From: Thermoplasmata archaeon
Lineage (GTDB): Archaea; Thermoplasmatota; Thermoplasmata; UBA10834
DNA length: 64,000 nt
Direction of reading: 5' to 3'
Assembly (NCBI GenBank): GCA_029864565.1
Contig: JAOTTD010000001.1
Location: forward strand, 66,232 to 130,231
Position numbers and translations under genes: made by a program. The notes beneath the pieces are model-generated. The model was not told where the DNA came from and ran no database searches. It saw only the letters and a list, made by a program, of their open reading frames with translations. Positions 46,719-55,147 of the stretch are shown in pieces. Position 1 is the stretch's first letter. Each line of letters begins with the position of its first letter.

Positions 46719-48083
46719 TCACTCGAGGCCTGCCTTCTTGGTCTCCTGTGCGACCGCTTCCTCGAGTATATCCAACCCCTTCTCGAGCAGCCCCTGCTTG
46801 ATAATCAGGGGCGGGTGGAGCCGCACGACGTTGTTGAACTGTCCGGCGGTCAGGATATAGAGCCCATTCTTGAAACATGCCAGCTGTATGTTCCTTGCGA
46901 GTTCGGGAGCCGGCTCCTTCGAACTCTTCTTCTTCACGAGTTCCATGCCCATCATAGCGCCTAGGCCGCGCACATCGCCAACCACCTCGAACCTCTTCTT
47001 CCACTCATCGAGCCGCTTCTTCTCGACGCGGTTGATCATCTTCGTGTTCGGAAGGGCTTTCTTGGTGAGCTTGATCGAAGCCAATGCTCCCGCGCAGCAG
47101 ACTGGATTGCCACCGAAAGTGCCACCGAGGCTAGCAGGTCCTGGTGCGGACATGATCTCGTCCCTGCCGGTGACGCCTCCGAGTGGCATGCCCAACGAAA
47201 GCCCCTTGCCTGAAACGAGCATGTCGGGGTCGGCTTTCCAGTGCTGGATGCCAAACATCTTGCCAGTGCGGCCGAAACCCGTCTGCACCTCATCGTCTAT
47301 GAAGACTATGCCATTGTCCTTGCATATCTTTGTGACTTTCTCCCAATATCCAGGCGGAGGGTTGATGAACCCGCCCTCTCCCTGGATCGGCTCCGCGACC
47401 AGGCAGGCTACACTGCCCTCCAACGGAGGTGTCTGGACGATCGTCCGTATTGTGTCCGTGCAGGCAAGGTCACACGACGGGTACTCGAGCTTCAGCGGGC
47501 ATCTGTAGCAATAGGCGAAATCCAGGTGCTGGATGTGTGACAGCAGCGGCCCGAAGCCCTCCCTGTACGGCTTCTCCTTCGCGGTGAGCGATATATCTAG
47601 CATCGTCCTGCCGTGGAACGCCGTCCTGTACGACAGCAACCATGGCTTCTTCGTGTACGACCGCGCTATCTTCACCGCGTTCTCGACAGCCTCTGACCCG
47701 CTGTTCAGGAATATGCTCTTCTTGAGCTTCCCGGGGCAGATCTTCGACATCTCCTCCGCCAGCTGTATGTAGGACTCGTACATCGACACCATAAAACAGA
47801 TGTGTATGAACTCGTCCAGCTGGTCCTTGCACGCGCTGACCATCTCCGGAGCCCTGTGCCCGCAGTTGTGGACGCCTATCCCGACAGTGAAATCGAGATA
47901 GACATTGCCATCGACGTCCCTCATGAATGGTCCCTCGGCAACGTCCAGCTCTGCCGGAAGACCGATCTTGATACCGTCAGTGATGTACTTCTCCTTCCTC
48001 TTCATCGCGGCCTTCGATTTCGGGCCTGGGGGCTCGATCACAATCTTCGGGCCCTTCAGATTGTATGATTTCGTTTTCGTCAT
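46719..48083 (-). CDS. Class III PLP aminotransferase (4-aminobutyrate aminotransferase-like)
   Basis: NSGSEAVENAVKIAR, AFHGRT, EPIQGEGG, DEVQTGFGRTG, SGK (PLP Lys), GGTFGGNP. Confidence 0.88.
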   Translation of the reverse strand: MTKTKSYNLKGPKIVIEPPGPKSKAAMKRKEKYITDGIKIGLPAELDVAEGPFMRDVDGNVYLDFTVGIGVHNCGHRAPEMVSACKDQLDEFIHICFMVSMYESYIQLAEEMSKICPGKLKKSIFLNSGSEAVENAVKIARSYTKKPWLLSYRTAFHGRTMLDISLTAKEKPYREGFGPLLSHIQHLDFAYCYRCPLKLEYPSCDLACTDTIRTIVQTPPLEGSVACLVAEPIQGEGGFINPPPGYWEKVTKICKDNGIVFIDDEVQTGFGRTGKMFGIQHWKADPDMLVSGKGLSLGMPLGGVTGRDEIMSAPGPASLGGTFGGNPVCCAGALASIKLTKKALPNTKMINRVEKKRLDEWKKRFEVVGDVRGLGAMMGMELVKKKSSKEPAPELARNIQLACFKNGLYILTAGQFNNVVRLHPPLIIKQGLLEKGLDILEEAVAQETKKAGLE

Positions 48084-48167
48084 CTTCGTCGCACTCCTTA
48101 TTGTCATACTTGCTGGAATGAAATCAGGCAAAGGGTTTGACTGCGACCACGCCGCGAATGCGGCGGG

Positions 48168-49529
48168 TCACTTCAGCTTCTTCTCGACCTCCTTTATGGA
48201 CTCCTCCAGGAAATTCAGCCCAGTATCCATCTCGTCCTCGGATATGCACAACGGCGGCGCGATCCTGAAGGAGCAGGAACCCGCACCTATCGCGACGACG
48301 CCCTTCTTCCACGCGCGCTCGATTATCTCGGACGCCATATCTCCACCGGGCGCCTTCGTCTTCTTGTCCTTGACGACCTCGACTCCAATCATCAGGCCGA
48401 TGCCGCGGACGTCGCCGATGATCTTGGAGCGCTTCTGTATCTCGCGCATCCTCTTCATGGCGCGGTCGCCCATCCTGACGGCGTTCTGCCGCAGTCTCTC
48501 CTTCTCAATGATCCTGATCGTTGCCAGCGCTGATTGGCATGCGACCGGAGTCCCGCCGAGAGTCGTACAATGCGAGCCCGCTTCCCAATCGAAGATTTCC
48601 TCGCGGCCGATTGTGGCTCCGAGCGACATGCCACCTCCGAGCGCTTTGGACGAGCACAGGATGTCAGGAGTCACCCCGAAGTTCTCGATGGCCCACCACT
48701 TGCCCGTGCGACCCATCCCAGACTGCACCTCGTCCACCGCGTAGATTATGCCGTACTTGTCATAGAGCTTCTTGAGGCGCTTATGGTAGTCTTTGGGAGG
48801 GACGACATATCCTCCCTCGCCCTGTATCGGCTCTATGAGCGACGCGGCGACTTCGTCCGGAGGGACGAATTTCTTCAGCACGTAGTCCTCAATGAAGTCC
48901 ACGCACCAGTAGTCGCAGTCGGGGAAGCTCATCTTGTACGGACATCTGTAGCAGTACGCGTATGGCACATGCGTCACGCCAGGCATCGTCGGGAAGTACC
49001 TCGCCTTCTGCACGGTTGAGCTCGCCGTGAAGCTCAGCGCTCCCATGCTTCTCCCGTGGAATCCTCCAGTGTACGCAATGAACAGCGGGCGCTTGCTATG
49101 CCATCTGGACACCTTCGCGAACGCCTCTATGCTCTCCGCGCCGCTGCCACTGAAGAACGCTTTCTTGCGAAACTTACCAGGTGTGATCTCATTAAGCTTC
49201 TCGGCCAGCTCGACCGCGTACCGGTAGTAGAAATCAGTGTAAGAGTAGTGCTGGAGACGCTTTGCCTGGTCTGTTATCGCCTTGACGACTTCCGGATGGC
49301 AGTGGCCGACGTTCATCGCCCCGAGGCCGCTGTTGAAGTCGATGTACTCGTTCCCGTCGATATCTTCGATTATGCACCCCTTGCCTTTCTCCACCACGAA
49401 CGGGTAGTAGTACGGCCGATTGTACGGGGACAACACGAGCTTGTCCCGCTTGACGACCGCTTTCGCCTTGGGCCCCGGAGGATCCACAGTTCTTTTCAAA
49501 GAAGCATTCTGTTTTCGTCCAGTCTTCAA
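48168..49529 (-). CDS. Class III PLP aminotransferase (archaeal omega-amine/ornithine type)
   Basis: PPGPKA, FHGRS, EPIQGEGGY, DEVQSGMGRTG, SSK, GSHCTTLGG; TTG start at 49529. Confidence 0.88.
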   Translation of the reverse strand: MKTGRKQNASLKRTVDPPGPKAKAVVKRDKLVLSPYNRPYYYPFVVEKGKGCIIEDIDGNEYIDFNSGLGAMNVGHCHPEVVKAITDQAKRLQHYSYTDFYYRYAVELAEKLNEITPGKFRKKAFFSGSGAESIEAFAKVSRWHSKRPLFIAYTGGFHGRSMGALSFTASSTVQKARYFPTMPGVTHVPYAYCYRCPYKMSFPDCDYWCVDFIEDYVLKKFVPPDEVAASLIEPIQGEGGYVVPPKDYHKRLKKLYDKYGIIYAVDEVQSGMGRTGKWWAIENFGVTPDILCSSKALGGGMSLGATIGREEIFDWEAGSHCTTLGGTPVACQSALATIRIIEKERLRQNAVRMGDRAMKRMREIQKRSKIIGDVRGIGLMIGVEVVKDKKTKAPGGDMASEIIERAWKKGVVAIGAGSCSFRIAPPLCISEDEMDTGLNFLEESIKEVEKKLK

Positions 49530-49645
49530 TATATCCCTCTTTGTCTCCAATTCTTCCGAATGCAATACCTGTAGTTTAGCCTTTTCATCGAATCAACGCC
49601 CCCATATGAAAGGTTTATCCCAGGCAAGGGGCATCGCACGGCACG

Positions 49646-50506
49646 ATGCCCACGCTGCTCGTCCGATACGGTGAAATAGGCCTCAAGAGCGAGCGCGTAC
49701 GCCGCAGGTTCGAGATGGCGCTCGAGGGAGACATCAAACACAAGCACGCCATGGCGGGCATATCGTGCATAGTATCATCTGGCAGAGGGAGAATATTCGT
49801 CGATTCGAACGATTGGCGCCACACATGTGAGATACTGTCCCGCACCTTCGGCGTGGTGTCGTTCAGCCCGACGGTTCAGGTGAGCAGCGACCTTGACAAG
49901 CTATTGGAGGATGTTGTGAGGTTTGCGGAGCCACTCATGTTCAACGGAGCCTTGTTCGCGATAAGGGCGAGGCGATCAGGGACCCACCCCTACACCAGCC
50001 AGACCGTTTGCGAGAAGGCTGGTTACGCGGTTCTGTCCGCCAACAGAGCGCGAGGTGTCAAGGTCAATCTGGATGAGCCAGACATCGAGATATTCATAGA
50101 GGTCCGAGGACGCGACGCTTACTTGTTCAGCACCATCTTGCCAGGCCCAGGTGGCATGCCGAAGAGCACCCAGGGCCGAGTGCTGGTAATGCTATCGTCC
50201 GAACGCGGCATCGCTGCGGCCTGGCTTCTCATGAAGAGGGGGTGTACGGTCGTTGCGGCGTGCAGCGACCACGCGCTATCCGATTTACTCGCTGCATGGG
50301 ACGCGGATCTGAAAACCGTCGAGCCCGAAAGCGATATGTTTTCTAAAGCCGCTGGCGAGAGATGCCTGGCAGTGGTTATGGACTGGGGTGTCAAAGAGCT
50401 CGGGTCGAACCGAGCACTCAAGGGACCGGTTCCGGTGTTCTACCCACTGGTAGGGTTCGACGACGACCAGGTCGGTTCCCTGCTGGACAGAGTCACAAGG
50501 ACCTAG
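49646..50506 (+). CDS. ThiI-like THUMP protein with degenerate PP-loop
   Basis: VRYGEIGLKS N-terminus, THUMP (VNLDEPD), GPGGMP; SGGxDS replaced by SSERG; short C-terminus. Confidence 0.8.
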   Translation: MPTLLVRYGEIGLKSERVRRRFEMALEGDIKHKHAMAGISCIVSSGRGRIFVDSNDWRHTCEILSRTFGVVSFSPTVQVSSDLDKLLEDVVRFAEPLMFNGALFAIRARRSGTHPYTSQTVCEKAGYAVLSANRARGVKVNLDEPDIEIFIEVRGRDAYLFSTILPGPGGMPKSTQGRVLVMLSSERGIAAAWLLMKRGCTVVAACSDHALSDLLAAWDADLKTVEPESDMFSKAAGERCLAVVMDWGVKELGSNRALKGPVPVFYPLVGFDDDQVGSLLDRVTRT

Positions 50507-51192
50507 GTGCCCTTCCTGTTGTGAGCTCGCAGGGACGGTCTGACCTTCTCTGCGCCCCTGCCGCGCGTCCTGACGAGGCCTCTGCCGCGCTTGCCGGCTG
50601 CGGTCAGGCCTCTCGACGCGCGGTGGAAGTGCTTCCCATTGCACATCCAGTTCAGCTTCGGATCGGCCTTTATGACTGGGTGGTTCGGGTCCACGAGTAT
50701 GACCTCGTACCACTTGTGCTTCCCGTCTTCACCGACCCAGTATGAAGCAAGGACCTCGAGGTTCGGATACCTCTTCGAGGTCCTCTCCTCGGCAATCCTC
50801 TGGATGTTCTTCTTCATCGTGATTTTGGATATACCCTTCCTCTTCGGCCTCCGGCCTTTCCTTATCCGGTGCTTTCTGAGGCCACCCTTCCTCACGCGGG
50901 CCCTGACGACCACAATGCCCTGCTTGGCCCTGTAGCCCAGTGACCTCGCCCGGTCGAGCCTCGTAGGCCTGTCGACCCTCACGAAGCTGCCTTCCTTGCG
51001 CCAGTCGACGAGGCGCTGCCACATGATGGCTTTCATGTCGCCGTTCGAAGGGTCCTTCCAGGCCTCACCCATGAAATGATACATGCTCCGCGAGCCGCTC
51101 TTGGTCTTCTTGCCCTCGGTGCCAGCCTCGGGCGCCTTAGCCTCTTCCTTCCGCTCCTCTTCGACAGGAGCCTTCTCTGCCTTCTTTGTCAT
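50503..51192 (-). CDS. rpl15e: 50S ribosomal protein eL15 with charged N-terminal extension
   Basis: PTRLDRARSLGYRAKQG, IAEER, YWVGEDG..KWYEVILVDP, RGLT..GK. Confidence 0.98.
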   Translation of the reverse strand: MTKKAEKAPVEEERKEEAKAPEAGTEGKKTKSGSRSMYHFMGEAWKDPSNGDMKAIMWQRLVDWRKEGSFVRVDRPTRLDRARSLGYRAKQGIVVVRARVRKGGLRKHRIRKGRRPKRKGISKITMKKNIQRIAEERTSKRYPNLEVLASYWVGEDGKHKWYEVILVDPNHPVIKADPKLNWMCNGKHFHRASRGLTAAGKRGRGLVRTRGRGAEKVRPSLRAHNRKGT

Positions 51193-51203
51193 CAAATCAC
51201 ATC

Positions 51204-51270
51204 CAGCTGTTCATGGGTTCACGCCTCAGGCGCACATCCCCTTGCGAGACCAGGCAAGTCTCGCCGCTGT
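51204..51270 (-). ncRNA. Structured rpl15e 5' leader (eL15 ribosomal-protein leader-like)
   Basis: RNA CAGC-G-GCGAGAC(loop)GUCUCGC-AA-GGG-AUGUG-CGCC(UGA)GGCG-UGAA-CCC...GCUG; TTTAAATA box at 51301-51294 about 25 nt upstream. Confidence 0.72.
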
Positions 51271-51408
51271 GGCTCAGAGCAAAAGGATTGCCGTATTTAA
51301 ACGTGTTGTATCAGCCCCGACCTTCAGCCAAGTACGTATCCTCCTTCCATGCCACCCCCTCTGATTCCGTGCATTAATGTCTAAAGACTGCACAACAGAC
51401 AGGATTTC

Positions 51409-53811
51409 TCACATGAAATCATCCAAGCTGAGTTTGTTCTCCGTTCGCTTCGGCTTGGCGACCACCTTGGCAGATTCACGCGCACTCCCGAAGCTGCGGT
51501 TCGTGAGTGTCTGTTGTTGCGCTCCAGTGAGAAGGGAACGCGAATCCCAGCCGAAGGCGTCAGTGACGCGTGATATCGTCGCAGCTATCCTCGTGGCATA
51601 GTAGTTCGAGTCCGGCTTAGCCGTGAACTCCCTGCCCTCAATCCACGGTTCCACCTCGTTTGGCGAAGCCTTGCCGTTTGTCACAATCCACGAGACCTTC
51701 ATCCCTGGCATGACCTCGTAACCCATCTCCTTGAGCATGCGCGCGACGCGGACGTTGATCATCCTGTCGCTAGCCTTGTACTGGCTCTCCTCCTTGACAG
51801 ACCGGCTTATCACGAGCCGAGATGTGTCGACATTGCCGGCCAGGAGGTCGTCGATGACCGCCCTTGTGTGCGCCACGGCGCCTTCCATGTCGTCCGCCAA
51901 TATGCGCTCGAAGACCTCCTGCAGCGTCTCGCTCTGGAGGTCGAACGAGTCCGTCCGCCGCATCTCGTATCCTCGGACGATGAGCTCTTCCCTGGGCCAT
52001 ATCATCTTGCCGACGTACCGCTTCTTCTTGCCATGGGAGAAGAACGGCTCCATGACCTTTTCGAACTCAAGGACCATGCCGTCCTTCGAGAACCGCTCCG
52101 CGGTATCCTTGCCGAGTCTGATTGTCGTCTCGAGATCCTCGTGTGGCGAGAGGAAGAAGACGGAGTCCGTGTCTGAGTAAATGACCTTCAGACCCTCTCC
52201 CTCCAGATTCCGGATCAGATCCTTCGTGGCCTCCCTGGAGAACGCCGTTATGCTCGCACCTATCTTGGGGTCGGTAAACCTGTAGAAAGACGATGCCAGA
52301 ACGCCGTAGAATGAGTTCATCAGTATCTTGATCGCCTCCTGGAGACCGTCGTAGTAATCCTTCTCCTCCGGCGTCCCAGCGTCCTTCATGGCCCGCTTCG
52401 TCTGCGCACGCTCCTCCATGAGCGTCACGAGTATCTTCGGGAGGAGTCCCTCCCGCACTTCCTTGGCCAGAAACTTTGCTCCCGTCGGCGACACGATCGT
52501 GCCATCGGGGGACAGCGTCGTGAAGCAGATGTTGTTCGCGATAATCATGCTCGGGTACATGCTTCTGAAGTCGAGGGTCAGCACCCAATGGTACAGCCCC
52601 GGCTCCATCTCATGGACATAGCCCCCTTCTATCGGCTTGGCGTCGCTCCCCGAGCGCGACGTCATGGGCACGGCCACCTTTCGCTTGTCTGCATCCCTGA
52701 TGAGTATCGAATCGACTAGCTGCGAGGTCGTGCCGTTGACGACGTCGTCTAGCGGGAGCTTCGAGACGGCCGCCAGGTCCATGCTCCTGTTTATCAGCGC
52801 CACTTTCTCGAGCACGCGCAGCGCGAGCATAGCGTCCTGGATGCAGTATTCCATAACGCGCTCGCTGTCGGCTGCCCATTCCTCGTCCATCTTCTTGGGG
52901 TCGACATCATGCTTCTCCTCGTTGAGAAGCTGTTTTGCGACCGCGTTCAGCGTCTCCTGCTTGGGCTTCAGCACGCGCTTCACAGCCCACCAGGCGTCGA
53001 TTATTACCCTGCCCTGGGCCCTCCAGAACCGGTTATACTGGTCTATCTCGGTCGGGAACCTTCCCCATCTCAGCGGTCCGAGGCCGAGGTCCTTCGCCCG
53101 CTGCTCTATCTGAGGGATGTCGAAGCCGTCTATGTTGTAACCGGTTATGACGTCAGGGTCGCTCTCGATAATGAACGCTGAGAAGTCCGATATCATCTTC
53201 TTCTCGTCTCCGAAGAATCTCCTAGAGGTGACTTCGTCGCCCTCCTTGACGACGCAGCAGATGGTGAATATCTTCGGCTCCTTGAGGCTCGTCTCGATGT
53301 CGAAGCTGAGCGTCCTGAGATCCGGTCTGAACGGCTGCACTTCCTCAAAGCTCTCCGCTTCGACGACCAGGTCGGTGGCGAAGGCGTCGTCCTCGATTTC
53401 CCTGCCGAAGACACGTACGCACGCTCCTATGCCCATGTCGTAGACGAACCTGAAATGGAACGGTATGTCGGCGGCCAGTATGGCCGGGACTGAATCCATG
53501 AGGTCTCTGCGAATGCTCGGCACCAATCCCGGGTGGGTGGCGACAATCCTACGGCACTTGCGCATCTCCCCGCCGTACAGCAGCTCGCACTCCTCCGTCC
53601 TCCGGATGCGCCTAGCATCGGTCTCCAGTATTCTGACGACTTCCTCCGACGGCTCGACGATGTAAAAGTACGGCTCGAACCCCTTGTACTTGACAGCCAC
53701 GGACCGCCCGTCCTTCATCTTGCCGAATAGACGCATCTCCAGGTTGTCCTCGAACTCCTCGAACTTGGGGTGCGAGGTGACGCCTATCAGCCTAACGTCC
53801 CAGTAATCCAT
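51409..53811 (-). CDS. polB: Family B DNA polymerase with proofreading exonuclease
   Basis: FDIET, GYNIDGFD, YCIQD; DFRSMYPS, KILMNSFYG, YSDTDS, KKRY. Confidence 0.96.
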   Translation of the reverse strand: MDYWDVRLIGVTSHPKFEEFEDNLEMRLFGKMKDGRSVAVKYKGFEPYFYIVEPSEEVVRILETDARRIRRTEECELLYGGEMRKCRRIVATHPGLVPSIRRDLMDSVPAILAADIPFHFRFVYDMGIGACVRVFGREIEDDAFATDLVVEAESFEEVQPFRPDLRTLSFDIETSLKEPKIFTICCVVKEGDEVTSRRFFGDEKKMISDFSAFIIESDPDVITGYNIDGFDIPQIEQRAKDLGLGPLRWGRFPTEIDQYNRFWRAQGRVIIDAWWAVKRVLKPKQETLNAVAKQLLNEEKHDVDPKKMDEEWAADSERVMEYCIQDAMLALRVLEKVALINRSMDLAAVSKLPLDDVVNGTTSQLVDSILIRDADKRKVAVPMTSRSGSDAKPIEGGYVHEMEPGLYHWVLTLDFRSMYPSMIIANNICFTTLSPDGTIVSPTGAKFLAKEVREGLLPKILVTLMEERAQTKRAMKDAGTPEEKDYYDGLQEAIKILMNSFYGVLASSFYRFTDPKIGASITAFSREATKDLIRNLEGEGLKVIYSDTDSVFFLSPHEDLETTIRLGKDTAERFSKDGMVLEFEKVMEPFFSHGKKKRYVGKMIWPREELIVRGYEMRRTDSFDLQSETLQEVFERILADDMEGAVAHTRAVIDDLLAGNVDTSRLVISRSVKEESQYKASDRMINVRVARMLKEMGYEVMPGMKVSWIVTNGKASPNEVEPWIEGREFTAKPDSNYYATRIAATISRVTDAFGWDSRSLLTGAQQQTLTNRSFGSARESAKVVAKPKRTENKLSLDDFM

Positions 53812-53816
53812 CGGTA

Positions 53817-55004
53817 TCAGACTCTTGCGACTATCTTGACCACGTCGTTCTCCTTCATGACATGGTCGTGGCCCACTGCCATGTGGGTCCTTCCGTCTAT
53901 CGCCCTAATAAAGTTATCACCAAGGTCAGTATGTACCTTGAATGCGACGTCACGGGCGTTGCTGCCTCTGGCCATGAGATAAGCGTCCGGCAGGATGCGC
54001 CCCTGCTTGTCAGTCCACTTCGTTTCGTCCTCTACAGGATACACGATGATGAGGTCCAGCACTTCGAACACGACCTTTTCCAGGACCGTCTGCACGCCCG
54101 TACTGCCAGCGCTCTTGAGCCATTCGCCCATCTTATCCAGTGCCTGCTGCTGAGAAGTGTTCAGTTTGGATTTGTCGGCGATGTCGAACGAATCGGTGCC
54201 AGGCCTGTAGGACACGAGCCCCGCCTTTGCGGCGCGTCTGAGCGCGAGTTCGTACTCCGCGCTCGTCGGCACGATCATATATCCCGTCGCCCTCAGCCGC
54301 TCCATATTCTCGGGCGGGGCGATGTCAGCCTTGTTCGCCGCCACAATCATCGGCTTGCTGATCTTCTGGAGCGACTTGCAGAATCGTAGAAGCTCATCGT
54401 CCTTCCAGATTGACGGATCAGCATCGTTGCCGGACTGCCGGATGGCTGAGAGTATCTGCGCCTCGGTGATCGAAAGGCCTGTGAGCTTCTCCTGAAGCAG
54501 TCTTTCGAACTTCTTCCCTGCGAGCTTCGACTGCCGGGCTATCTTGATGAAATCCTTCTCAAGTATCCCAAAAATCCAGTACGATATCTCCCTCTCTAGG
54601 AAGCTCACATCAGTCGACGGGTCGTGGGAGCCAACGCCGACCGGGTTGCCCTCGAAATCGGTACCGCCGCTTGCATCGACGACGTGGATGAACGCATGTG
54701 CCTGTCGCAGGTCGTCCAGGAACTTGTTACCGAGGCCTTTCCCTGAGTGGGCGTCAGGGACCAGACCAGCGACGTCCAACAGTTCGATTGGGACGTATCT
54801 CGTGCCGCCCTCGCAAAGCGAGTTGTTCGGGTTGCACGGGCTCCCGAGCTCAGTGTGGGGGCATGGGCCTCTTACGTGACTCACACCCCTGTTGGCGTCG
54901 ATTGTCGTGAAAGGGTAGGAAGCAATCTGGGCTGTTGCCATCGTCAGCGCCGAGAAGAACGTGGACTTTCCCACGTTGGGCTTGCCGACTATGCCTACCA
55001 GCAT
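53817..55004 (-). CDS. ychF: YchF/OBG-family NTPase
   Basis: GKPNVGKST, YPFTTI, DVAGLVP, GLGNKFLDDLR, NKAD, TGS domain (VHTDL). Confidence 0.94.
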   Translation of the reverse strand: MLVGIVGKPNVGKSTFFSALTMATAQIASYPFTTIDANRGVSHVRGPCPHTELGSPCNPNNSLCEGGTRYVPIELLDVAGLVPDAHSGKGLGNKFLDDLRQAHAFIHVVDASGGTDFEGNPVGVGSHDPSTDVSFLEREISYWIFGILEKDFIKIARQSKLAGKKFERLLQEKLTGLSITEAQILSAIRQSGNDADPSIWKDDELLRFCKSLQKISKPMIVAANKADIAPPENMERLRATGYMIVPTSAEYELALRRAAKAGLVSYRPGTDSFDIADKSKLNTSQQQALDKMGEWLKSAGSTGVQTVLEKVVFEVLDLIIVYPVEDETKWTDKQGRILPDAYLMARGSNARDVAFKVHTDLGDNFIRAIDGRTHMAVGHDHVMKENDVVKIVARV

Positions 55005-55147
55005 CTTGCTCCCCCGTCGAGCTCAATGCCGGTATACGTAGAAAAACTGCTCGGTGCACCCAGGTCGAACAAGGCGGTGTGGCAACCCACAATGACGACT
55101 CATGAGAAGTCAAGGGATTTATACAGGAACCGCGGTTGCCCGCAAAC

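Noticed and set aside
50503-50506. Convergent thiI-like and rpl15e stop codons sharing one CTAG
   Set aside because: A common overlap geometry for convergent TAG stops; no evidence links it to the putative CTAG methylase.
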